Assembly: GCA_963558185.1 (NCBI GenBank) | Contig: CAUWFE010000005.1 | Coordinates: 768-64,767 of the forward strand | Direction of reading: 5' to 3' | Source: an uncultured Clostridia bacterium | GTDB taxonomy: Bacteria; Bacillota; Clostridia; TANB77; CAG-508 | Length of the DNA: 64,000 nucleotides | In this document: positions 37,914-46,946 of the stretch, piece after piece | Position numbering within the stretch: the first letter of the stretch is position 1 | Layout of the letters: every line of letters starts with the position of its first letter | Translations under genes and position numbers: made by a program | The notes under the pieces: model-generated | Seen by the model: the letters and a program-made list of their open reading frames with translations, nothing else | Database searches by the model: none | Told to the model about the DNA's origin: nothing

Positions 37914-38443
37914 CGCACAAAAATAACTATATTACAATATTTTAAATTAGATATTTGTTAAAATATAAAAAATTTATATATATTTTTTATATTAAATTTT
38001 AATGACTAGAAACCAGAGGGAGGGAGCATAAGAGAAATAGGTGCAATAATCCCATAGTGAGAAAAAAGGATTATTACACCTAATATTTTAGAAACCGTCG
38101 GTCAGTCGCTTTCGGTCATAGGTAGTCTAGTATGTAGTAAAACTACTGTAATTGCTAACATATTTCTATGTTTTGTTCATACTTGCCCAAACTTTTTACA
38201 ATTACAAATCCATATCAAGTTTTGCCTCCCAATACTCTTTTATTATTGTGAGTCTGTGTTGTAAAATCTCACTCACGCATTTTGTGTAAATAGACCGTTT
38301 ACACGAATACGAATGAATTTTATAGCATTGGCTCATTACACCTAACACTTTTTAAGAGGTGTTGCATTTCTCTGTATAATAAAAAAATCCTACTAACAAT
38401 TTGAATTGTATAGTAGAATCTTTTAGAATATTATTCATTATAT

Positions 38444-39583
38444 TTAATTAGTTTTTTTGACTTCAGTATATCTATTATAAAGCTTATTTATTAATCCATC
38501 TATTTCTTCTGTCTTTTCAATTTCATTATGGTAATATTGTTTTATAAGTTTTAATTCGCTAGCAGTTACAAAAATATCAAGGAAAGTTAGCCCTTGACAA
38601 TAACTTTCATCTGGATTTCCTGTAAAATGAGGATCAATACTTCTTTCGTATAAAACAGTAACTATGTACTCTATTAACTCATCTTTAGTAAAGTTTCCTT
38701 GTTTAAATTTTTCTAATAAAGGAGATGTTTTAAGAAATATTTTTTTCATTAGTTTTAAATTCACATGAATATCATTTCCTAAATCTAAATATGCATCATC
38801 TGGAATTATTCTATCATTTGTAATAGTTCCAGAATAATCTGCTTTTTTTATTTTCTCAGCATACCCCATTAGATTGACTGGTGGAAGAACTATATTATTT
38901 ATAGCTGTCATCATTAACAAATAAAATAAATATAAATTATTTTCTAATTTATCTTCGTGAGTAACTAAGATAGTGTTATTACTAGGAATTATTTCAATTT
39001 CTTTAAATCCATGTCTATTAATGCCAAAAATTAAACCTTTATCTAATACACATACAATACTTAATCTATTTCTTAAATCTATATTGTTATTAAATTCATC
39101 GATTTTTTTTACAATATTATTTAAACTTGTATCACTAGAATAAGCAAATATCATACAAATTGGTGGTGTAATAGAAGAAGATATTAAAGGCATTGAAAAC
39201 GGTTTTGTTTTTTCTAATTTTTTTACACTTTCTATATTTTTAATGCTTTTTTCTAATTCAGCAATTGTTAGTGTCGATTTTACTTCGATAGTGGCATAGA
39301 CACTTTCAATAGGAATAACTTGAATACTTTCAGTTTCCATTAATTTGGGACTATTAAAATTGTCATAAATTATAAAGTCTTGTTGATTACTTTGAGTTTC
39401 ATTGGAATCCACGATAATTCCATTTCCAATTACATATTTAGTTGGAAATAATTTAGAAATATATTCTTTTAATTTTTCTTCACGAACAGTTCCTTTTAAT
39501 CCATTATGATTGATTTTACTACTTAATTTTTCATAATCACTTTGTAAATTTCTTGCCATTTCTTGCAAATTATATATAAACAT
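38444..39583 (-). CDS. PD-(D/E)xK nuclease-like protein (DUF6602-like N-terminus) with unknown C-terminal domain
   Basis: 379 aa. HNGLKGTVREEKLKEYISKLFPTKYVIGNGIIVDS..SNQQDFIIYD...ATIEVKS gives a D...E-x-K arrangement. SD ggagg. Confidence 0.6.
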   Translation of the reverse strand: MFIYNLQEMARNLQSDYEKLSSKINHNGLKGTVREEKLKEYISKLFPTKYVIGNGIIVDSNETQSNQQDFIIYDNFNSPKLMETESIQVIPIESVYATIEVKSTLTIAELEKSIKNIESVKKLEKTKPFSMPLISSSITPPICMIFAYSSDTSLNNIVKKIDEFNNNIDLRNRLSIVCVLDKGLIFGINRHGFKEIEIIPSNNTILVTHEDKLENNLYLFYLLMMTAINNIVLPPVNLMGYAEKIKKADYSGTITNDRIIPDDAYLDLGNDIHVNLKLMKKIFLKTSPLLEKFKQGNFTKDELIEYIVTVLYERSIDPHFTGNPDESYCQGLTFLDIFVTASELKLIKQYYHNEIEKTEEIDGLINKLYNRYTEVKKTN

Positions 39584-39694
39584 AATTAACCTCCAATTAT
39601 ATAATTGTGCGAGAATCTCTTATACAATAGTATTATAGCATAAATTCCTGAAAATTGTCATTTTTTAGTGGAAATAATAAAAGAATCCTTTTTT

Positions 39695-39718
39695 AGTTCT
39701 ACAAAAGTTCTACAAAAA
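39695..39718 (+). repeat. Tandem AGTTCTACAAAA motif (candidate arm-type site, attR side)
   Basis: agttctacaaaagttctacaaaaa, same orientation as 30735..30758. Confidence 0.5.
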
Positions 39719-39868
39719 TTTAAAAATTTTTGATAGTTGCCAAAAATAAAAAAATATTGTATAATCTAAATGAAATTGAAAGAAAGTTAGAAAAAAAAGG
39801 CTTATTTGATGTTTATAAATGGTGCTAAATAATGCTAAAAAATTTTAAGTAATAATTATTTGATTTTT

Positions 39869-39924
39869 CTTAAAATCCTGCGGTTGAATAAACCGTGCCG
39901 GTTCGATTCCGGCCATCTGCACCA
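39869..39924 (+). repeat. attR core (duplicate of tRNA-Leu 3' 56 nt)
   Basis: Identical to 30619..30674. The upstream tRNA part is absent here. Confidence 0.9.
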
Positions 39925-39933
39925 CACAATAAA

Positions 39934-39978
39934 AACCTTGTAAAAATTGGAATGACAATATTTACAAGGTTAATTTTA
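39934..39978 (+). terminator. Probable original tRNA-Leu terminator
   Basis: aaccttgtaaa/tttacaaggtt 11-bp stem followed by a T-rich tract, right after attR. Confidence 0.6.
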
Positions 39979-40226
39979 TGTCTAAATATCAATATTTAGA
40001 CTTCTATCCACTTTAACTAATATTATAGAACCTAAAAAATAATTCAATAGTATCTTTTATAATTATTAAAATATTCAAAAAAGCAATTACTATATAAAAA
40101 GTAATTGTTTTTTTGTGAATAAAATGTAAATCCTTTCATAAAATACTTAATTCAAGCCATTTTTTAATTGACAATAAATAGTTTTCTGATATAATTTCAA
40201 TATATAATTAGAAAAGTGGAGATAAA

Positions 40227-40973
40227 ATGTTATATAATATAGAAGGAAAAAAAGTTAATATAATAGTAAAAAATGAAAAATTTGAATTATCAGAAAATAT
40301 TAAAGAAAAGATGTTAGAAAATTTTAAAAGTATGAAGCAAAAAGGGTTAAATATTTGGAATGGAGAAATCTTTTGTGTTTCAAGTATGGATATCAAGAAA
40401 AGAGAGATTAACTTAGTTTGCAAAATGAGCGATTATGCACACTATTTATATGAACAAAAAGTAGGTTGCCCTAAAGAATATAAATGCATGGCCTTAAGTG
40501 CAGGTTGCTTAATTGAAACTATAGATGGATATTATGTAATAGGAGAACAAGATGAAACTACTTCACATCCAAATATGCTGCAAACAGTTGGAGGAGGAAT
40601 TGATAAAAAAGATATTTCACAAAACATAATTAATGTAGAGCAAACAATTTTAAGAGAAACACTAGAAGAAGTTAATATAAATTTAAATGATAAAGATATA
40701 GTTATATGTAATTACCTAAAATATATATTTATTTCAGGTAAAAATGAAAAGCCAGGAATAAAAATTTTTTCAAAAGTTAAAATAAAAATGACTGCCAAAC
40801 AAATGGAAGAATATTTTAATAAATATAATGAATATTTAAGGACAAATAATTTAGAAGTTGAATTTAAGAAAATATATCTATTAAAAAAGGAAAAGGCAAT
40901 ATTAGAACTAGAAAACTTGAATAAACCTAAAAGACCATATTTAGAAGCAATATTATTAGATGATATAAAATAA
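40227..40973 (+). CDS. Nudix-hydrolase-like protein
   Basis: 248 aa. Degenerate Nudix box GGGIDKKD...QTILRETLEEVNI. Confidence 0.45.
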   Translation: MLYNIEGKKVNIIVKNEKFELSENIKEKMLENFKSMKQKGLNIWNGEIFCVSSMDIKKREINLVCKMSDYAHYLYEQKVGCPKEYKCMALSAGCLIETIDGYYVIGEQDETTSHPNMLQTVGGGIDKKDISQNIINVEQTILRETLEEVNINLNDKDIVICNYLKYIFISGKNEKPGIKIFSKVKIKMTAKQMEEYFNKYNEYLRTNNLEVEFKKIYLLKKEKAILELENLNKPKRPYLEAILLDDIK

Positions 40974-40997
40974 TAGAGTAATGCTAAGGAGAAATAC

Positions 40998-41579
40998 ATG
41001 AATATAGATTTAATAAAAAATAGCAAGACTACATATATTGGTAAACAAATTGAATATTTTCAGCAAATAGATTCTACACATAATTATGTATTAAGAGAAA
41101 TAAAAAATAAAAATTGGAATAATGGAACTATAGTTATAGCAAATAAACAAACAAATGCCATAGGAACAAAAGGAAGAACATGGTATACACAAGAAGGTAA
41201 TATTTCAATGTCTATTATTTTATTTCCAAATTGCGAAATACAACAATTACAAGGTTTAACAATTAATGTTGCAATTGCGATAAAAAAGGCAATAAAAGAA
41301 CTTTATGGATATGAGTTAATAATAAAAGAACCTAATGATTTACTATGTAATGGAAAAAAGATTTGCGGAATTTTAATACAAAGTTCTACAAGTGATAAAA
41401 AAGTAAATTATATAGTTATAAGTATAGGAATGAATATAAATACAACAGAATTTACAAATGAAATAGAGAATATAGCAACATCATTAAAAAGAGAATACAA
41501 TAAGGAATATTCTTGTGAAGAAATAATAAAAGGAATTATAGAAGAAATAGAAAAATTAATATATTTTGCAAATATATAA
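40998..41579 (+). CDS. Biotin-protein ligase family protein (catalytic domain only)
   Basis: 193 aa. QTNAIGTKGRTWYTQEGNISMSIIL resembles the BirA GRGRxGRxW motif region. No HTH or C-terminal domain. Confidence 0.6.
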   Translation: MNIDLIKNSKTTYIGKQIEYFQQIDSTHNYVLREIKNKNWNNGTIVIANKQTNAIGTKGRTWYTQEGNISMSIILFPNCEIQQLQGLTINVAIAIKKAIKELYGYELIIKEPNDLLCNGKKICGILIQSSTSDKKVNYIVISIGMNINTTEFTNEIENIATSLKREYNKEYSCEEIIKGIIEEIEKLIYFANI

Positions 41580-41585
41580 ATAATT

Positions 41586-41656
41586 TTGTCATTTTATTCA
41601 AAACTTATATTTCAAATCATTCTGGTAAAAATTACTAGAAAACATTAAATTGTAAC
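41586..41656 (+). mobile_element. MITE-like element, copy F (right-end fragment)
   Basis: ttgtcattttattcaaaacttatatttcaaatcattctgg...attgtaac is collinear with the right arm of copies B/D. Confidence 0.65.
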
Positions 41657-41736
41657 AATAAATAAGAAAAATAACACTTGACATACATACAAACAGATGT
41701 ATAATCACATTAAAAATGAAAAAGGTTGGATAAAAA

Positions 41737-42018
41737 ATGCAAGAAATATCTATAGAAGAAAATAAATTAGAAAATATAGAATTAAAAAAATGTACAATAG
41801 ATAGCTATAAAAACAGTAAACAAGAATTAATAAATTATATTTATATAAATGATAAAAATCCAAGTGAAAAAATATGGAATGAAATAGCTATTAATAAAAA
41901 TTTATTATCAAGTAAAACATTAGGATATATAGAAGGAGCTGGATTTAATAAACTTTGTAAAAACATAAGGAAGAATTTAAAAAAAATATTAAAATTTAAA
42001 AATTCTATAGACAATTAA
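41737..42018 (+). CDS. Hypothetical protein
   Basis: 93-aa ORF. No motif, weak SD. Confidence 0.35.
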   Translation: MQEISIEENKLENIELKKCTIDSYKNSKQELINYIYINDKNPSEKIWNEIAINKNLLSSKTLGYIEGAGFNKLCKNIRKNLKKILKFKNSIDN

Positions 42019-42067
42019 TAAAAAATGAAATAAAATAATAAAGTCAAAAATGAAAGGAATGATATAT

Positions 42068-42598
42068 ATGAATATTTGGCATGATATAAATCCAGAAAGA
42101 ATAAAAAAAGATGACTTTACAGCAGTAATTGAAATATCTAAAGGCGGAAAAAACAAATATGAATTAGACAAAGAAACAGGAATGTTAAAATTAGATAGAG
42201 TATTATATACTTCTACACATTATCCAGCAAATTATGGATTCATTCCTAGAACATATGCAGATGATAATGATCCTTTAGATGTATTAGTGCTATGTGAAGA
42301 AAAGATTTTATCTATGACATTAGTAGAAGCATATCCTATTGGAGTTCTAAAAATGGTAGATAATAATGAAGGCGATGAAAAAATTATTGCTATTGCAAAG
42401 CAAGATCCATATTTAAATGAATATAAAGACATAACAGAAATACCAAATCAATTATCAGCAGAAATTATGCATTTTTTTGAAGTATATAAGCAATTAGAAG
42501 GAAAACAAACAACAGTAGATAAAATTATGGGTAGGGAAGAAGCAGAAAAAATAATAGAAAAAAGCATAAAAAATTATGAAGAAAAATTTGGAAAATAG
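42068..42598 (+). CDS. ppa: Inorganic pyrophosphatase (family I)
   Basis: EISKGGKNKYELDKE, YPANYGFIP.T...DGDPLDVLV-like motifs. Start at MNIWHD; the ORF track starts at 42050. Confidence 0.9.
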   Translation: MNIWHDINPERIKKDDFTAVIEISKGGKNKYELDKETGMLKLDRVLYTSTHYPANYGFIPRTYADDNDPLDVLVLCEEKILSMTLVEAYPIGVLKMVDNNEGDEKIIAIAKQDPYLNEYKDITEIPNQLSAEIMHFFEVYKQLEGKQTTVDKIMGREEAEKIIEKSIKNYEEKFGK

Positions 42599-42615
42599 AT
42601 AAAGGATAAATAAAT

Positions 42616-43821
42616 ATGATAATAAAAATATTATTAACATTATTAGCTTTTGTACTATTTTTCATCATATTTGTAAAATTAATTAAAAAAAATGATACAA
42701 GCTATGTATACATATTATTACTACAAGCTATAGGTATTACAGTAGAATTTTTAGAAATAGTAACTAAAAATAATTATAATATAATAATTACAGCAATTAT
42801 GTATATTTTTTCAATAATTATTCCAATAATAATATGCATACTGGAAAAAAAGTGGGCAAACTTATCAGAAGTTATATCATTTATTAAAGCAAAAATGTAT
42901 GAAAAAAAAGGAAATCAAGACAAAGCAAGAAATATACTTTTAAAATTAATTGATAAATATCCAAATAGCTATTATGCACATAAATATTTAGCAAATTTAT
43001 ATGAAAAAAGTGAAAAAATTGAAACAGCAATAGAAGAATATATAAGAGCAGTAGATATAAATAAAAAGGATTATGAATCATATTTTAAAATAGCTAATTT
43101 GTTAAATACAGTTGATAAAAAAGAATCTGCAAAAGAAATGCTATATGAACTGTTAAGAAAATCTCCTCAATATTATGAAGCTTCTATTTTATTAGGAGAT
43201 ATTTTATATGAGCAAGAAAATTTTAAAGAAGCTACAAATGTATATTTAGAAGCTTTAAAATATCATCCAGAAATGTATGAAATATATTATAACTTAGGAA
43301 TGACATATACTAGATTAAACGATTTTCAAAACGCAAAAGAATACTATGAACAAGCAGCACAATTAAATACATTATTATATGTTGCAAATTTTAGTTTAGC
43401 ACAAATTGCTCTCATGTATAATGAAAGAGAAGAAGCAAAACAATATTTAATGAAAATTATGCAAGCTCAAGAGGCTGATGCAGCAACATACTATTATTTA
43501 GCATATATATGTGTTTTAAATGGAGAATTAGATAAAGCTATACAATATTTAAATGAAGCTATAAGTGAAGATGAAAAGTACTACGAAAAAGCAGAAAAAC
43601 AAATTGCTTTTCACATAATAATAAGAAAAGTAGATAAACCTACTAAAGAACAAAAAAAGGAAAACAAAAGTAAACTAAATGAAAAAGAAAAACAAACAAT
43701 ATTACACTTAGAGGAAATGTATGAATTAGTAGGAAATCTTAACAAAAATGATATTAAAGCAATGAAATTAAAAAGCAGTATAGCATTAGAACAAGAAAAA
43801 AAGGAAAAAGAAAAGGAATAA
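42616..43821 (+). CDS. Membrane-anchored TPR-repeat protein
   Basis: 401 aa. Three N-terminal TM helices, then repeated A..Y..A/L TPR-like units. Confidence 0.65.
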   Translation: MIIKILLTLLAFVLFFIIFVKLIKKNDTSYVYILLLQAIGITVEFLEIVTKNNYNIIITAIMYIFSIIIPIIICILEKKWANLSEVISFIKAKMYEKKGNQDKARNILLKLIDKYPNSYYAHKYLANLYEKSEKIETAIEEYIRAVDINKKDYESYFKIANLLNTVDKKESAKEMLYELLRKSPQYYEASILLGDILYEQENFKEATNVYLEALKYHPEMYEIYYNLGMTYTRLNDFQNAKEYYEQAAQLNTLLYVANFSLAQIALMYNEREEAKQYLMKIMQAQEADAATYYYLAYICVLNGELDKAIQYLNEAISEDEKYYEKAEKQIAFHIIIRKVDKPTKEQKKENKSKLNEKEKQTILHLEEMYELVGNLNKNDIKAMKLKSSIALEQEKKEKEKE

Positions 43822-43875
43822 TGATAAAAATAAGAAATATACTATTAGAAAAAGCAAAAAGGGGAGTGTAATATA

Positions 43876-44745
43876 GTGAAAAATAATATTGCTGTTATAG
43901 GTGGAGACTTAAGAATGGTAAAATTAGTAGAAATGCTAGCAAATGATGATTATAAAGTAAATACATATGCATTAGAAAAGGCAGAAAGCATCCATCATAT
44001 AGCAAATGTTAAAATTTGTAAAACTTTAGAAGAGGCGATAGACAATATAGAAGTAATTGTAGGACCGATACCATTATCTGCAAATAATATTCAAATTAAT
44101 ACGCCGTTTAGTGAAAAAACAGTAACTTTAGAGGAACTAAAAAAATCTTTAGTGGGAAAAAAATTTATAGCAGGAAATATGAAGGCAGAGCTAGTAGAAG
44201 AAATGCAAGAAAAAAATATAGAAGTAACAGATTTACTTAAAAGAGAGGAATTAGTTGTATTAAATACAATTTCTACAGCAGAAGGTGCAATACAAATTGC
44301 AATGGAAGAGACAATAAAAACTATATATGGTAGTAAAATATTAGTTTTAGGATATGGAAAAGTAGGCAAAATTTTAGCTAATATGCTAAAAGGAATTGGG
44401 GCAGAAGTATATTGTGAAGCTAGAAAAAATGTTGATTTAGCATGGATTAAAGCATATGGATATAATCCAGTTCATTTAAGTGAATTAGAAGAATACTTAC
44501 CAAAAATGGATATTATTATTAATACAATACCATCTTTAATATTAGATAAAGAAAGACTAAAAATAGTAAATAAAGAAAGTCTAATAATAGACTTAGCATC
44601 TAATCCGGGAGGAGTAGATAAATTAGAAGCAAAAAAAGCTGGAATAAAAACTATATGGGCATTATCTTTACCAGGAAAAGTAGCACCATTAACATCAGCA
44701 GAATTTATAAAAGATACAATATATAATGTATTAAAAGAAATATAA
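43876..44745 (+). CDS. dpaA: Dipicolinate synthase subunit A
   Basis: 289 aa. Collinear with SpoVFA (IAVIGGDLR.., NTISTAEGAI, VLGYGKVG, IINTIPS, IDLAS.PGG). GTG start with SD aggggag. Confidence 0.85.
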   Translation: MKNNIAVIGGDLRMVKLVEMLANDDYKVNTYALEKAESIHHIANVKICKTLEEAIDNIEVIVGPIPLSANNIQINTPFSEKTVTLEELKKSLVGKKFIAGNMKAELVEEMQEKNIEVTDLLKREELVVLNTISTAEGAIQIAMEETIKTIYGSKILVLGYGKVGKILANMLKGIGAEVYCEARKNVDLAWIKAYGYNPVHLSELEEYLPKMDIIINTIPSLILDKERLKIVNKESLIIDLASNPGGVDKLEAKKAGIKTIWALSLPGKVAPLTSAEFIKDTIYNVLKEI

Positions 44746-44759
44746 AGGAGATAATAAAA

Positions 44760-45545
44760 ATGGATATATTACAAGCAATTATATTAGGAATAGTACAAGG
44801 AGTAACAGAATTATTACCGATTTCTAGTTCAGCACATTTATATATAATTCCATGGTTATTTGGATGGGCAGAACAAGAAGCATTTGATGTGGCACTTCAC
44901 TTTGGAACGCTACTTGCAATTGTATTATTCTTTTACAAAGACTGGATAAAACTTATATCTGGAGGATATAAATTAGTAGTAAAAAAACAAAAATCTTTTG
45001 AAGGAAGAATGTTTTGGTATTTAGTAGCAGCAACAATTCCAGGTGGAATTATAGGTTTAGTATTAGATAAATTTGCAGGAGATGTTTTAAAACAACCTTT
45101 AATAATAGCAACAGCATTATTTGTTATGGGAATTCTTTTATACTTTGCAGATAAAAAATGCAAATCAAATGTAAAATATGAAAAAATGAATTTTAAACAA
45201 ACATTTTTAATAGGACTTTCACAATGTTTAGCATTTATACCAGGAGTTTCTCGCTCAGGTGTAACAATGACTACAGGAAGATTAATGGGAATTGATAGAG
45301 AATCTACTGCGAAATACACATTTTTATTAGCAACACCAATAGTCTTTGCAGCTACATTATTCAAAATTAAAGATTTTGTATTTAACTTACCATTTATAAT
45401 TGGAGTTTTAGTAAGTTTTATAGTAGGAGCATTTGTAATTAAATTCTTATTAAATTACTTAAAAAAAGGAAGTTTTAAAATATTTGCAATATATAGAGTT
45501 TTATTTGCAATATTAATTGTAATTGTATATTTTATAAGATTATAA
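44760..45545 (+). CDS. uppP: Undecaprenyl-diphosphate phosphatase
   Basis: 261 aa. GVTELLPISSSAHL and PGVSRSG motifs. Confidence 0.92.
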   Translation: MDILQAIILGIVQGVTELLPISSSAHLYIIPWLFGWAEQEAFDVALHFGTLLAIVLFFYKDWIKLISGGYKLVVKKQKSFEGRMFWYLVAATIPGGIIGLVLDKFAGDVLKQPLIIATALFVMGILLYFADKKCKSNVKYEKMNFKQTFLIGLSQCLAFIPGVSRSGVTMTTGRLMGIDRESTAKYTFLLATPIVFAATLFKIKDFVFNLPFIIGVLVSFIVGAFVIKFLLNYLKKGSFKIFAIYRVLFAILIVIVYFIRL

Positions 45546-45788
45546 AAATAAAAAGATAGTAGAAGTAAAAAAAAACTTATTACTATCTTTTTTAATATAA
45601 TAGAAAAATATTACAGAAATATTACAATTAAATTACGGTTATGTTAAAACTATTGACTTTTTAGAAAAAAAATATAAAATAAGTATAGATAGAAATTTGT
45701 CAAAAAAATACAAAAAATGAAAAAATATAAAGTATTTTATATTAACTTTTGTAGAAAATAAAAGTATAAAAAAATCAAAGGAGTTAAC

Positions 45789-46946
45789 ATGTCTAGTTGT
45801 TTAGGATTATATATAGAAAAAAACTTAATTAAATATGCAAAAGTTTCAAAAGAAAAAGACATGATAAAAGTAGATGCTTTTGGAGTAAAATTTTATGAAA
45901 ACATAGGGGAAGCTATTTCGCAAATTATTTCTGAAACTTACAGTTATCATACTCCTATTAGTATAAATTTATCAGAAGAAATATATAGTTATTTTTATTT
46001 TTTTAATTTATTAAGTAAAAATGATTTAAAAAAAGCAATAGAAACTGAATTTTCATCTTTTTGCAGTGAAAAAGGTTATAACCGTAATGCACTAGAAAGC
46101 AGATATGCTTTGACTCCAGAAATAGATAATAAAGAAAAAATAAGAGCTATATATATATATGTTAACAAAACAGAAATAAATAGAAAAATACAAGATTTTG
46201 GTGAAAACCCAGTTTCAATGATTACTACATTACCAATGGCAATAAGCAATGTTGCAGAAATAAAAGAAAAAGAAAATATATTAATAGTAAACATAGAAAA
46301 TAACACATCAGTTACAAAAATAATAAATGGAAGTATATATGAAGTACAAAAAATGGAAGAAGGTATGGATCAAATACTTTATAACATAAATACAAAAGAA
46401 AATTCATACTCAAAAGCATATGAAATTTGTAAAAATACTACAATATATACAGCAGATGGAAGAGAACTATTACAACAAGAAATTGATAGTAACACAGATT
46501 ACTTAGAAGATATAATGCCAACATTATATACAATTGCTAATAATGTAAAGACATATATAGAATCATCTACAGATAGAATTGACAAAGTGTATATAACAGG
46601 TAGTGGAAGTATAATTAACAATATAGATTTATATTTTCAAGAATTTTTACCAGATAGCAAATGTGAAATATTAAAGCCATATTTTATTAAAAATAGTGTA
46701 AAGATAAATATTAAAGATTATATTGAGGTCAATTCAGCTATTGCGTTAGCTATGCAGCAATTAGGATATGGAATAAAGGAATTAAATTTTAAAAGAAAAA
46801 CAATTGCAAATTCTTTGCAAGACTTAGCTAAACGTGATATTAAACCAGGAAATAAAAAAACAGGAAATAAAAAGAATAATGACTTTGGAGGAAAAGTTAA
46901 GAATTTCTTTAATTTCAAAGAAGGCTTAAAAGGGCGGACTAGATAA
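45789..46946 (+). CDS. pilM: Type IV pilus assembly protein PilM (actin-like ATPase fold)
   Basis: 385 aa. LGLYIEKNLIKYAKV start, ...ITGSGS... phosphate-2-like motif. First gene of the pilus cluster. The C-terminus probably continues into pilN (see findings). Confidence 0.7.
   Translation: MSSCLGLYIEKNLIKYAKVSKEKDMIKVDAFGVKFYENIGEAISQIISETYSYHTPISINLSEEIYSYFYFFNLLSKNDLKKAIETEFSSFCSEKGYNRNALESRYALTPEIDNKEKIRAIYIYVNKTEINRKIQDFGENPVSMITTLPMAISNVAEIKEKENILIVNIENNTSVTKIINGSIYEVQKMEEGMDQILYNINTKENSYSKAYEICKNTTIYTADGRELLQQEIDSNTDYLEDIMPTLYTIANNVKTYIESSTDRIDKVYITGSGSIINNIDLYFQEFLPDSKCEILKPYFIKNSVKINIKDYIEVNSAIALAMQQLGYGIKELNFKRKTIANSLQDLAKRDIKPGNKKTGNKKNNDFGGKVKNFFNFKEGLKGRTR

Larger units (their letters stand above)
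30619..39924. mobile_element. Integrative mobilisable element (IME, ~9.3 kb) inserted in the 3' end of tRNA-Leu(TAA)
   Basis: A 56-bp exact direct repeat of the tRNA 3' part (30619..30674 = 39869..39924) brackets int, xis, HTH/XRE genes, cargo, a MobV relaxase and oriT. The integrase is adjacent to the tRNA. Confidence 0.9.

Noticed and set aside
45546-45788. Looked for a c-di-GMP riboswitch upstream of the pilus cluster and the pilin gene (48604..48664).
   Set aside because: The spacers are extremely AT-rich, with only the uppP terminator. None of the GC-rich conserved cores of the c-di-GMP-I/II classes is visible.
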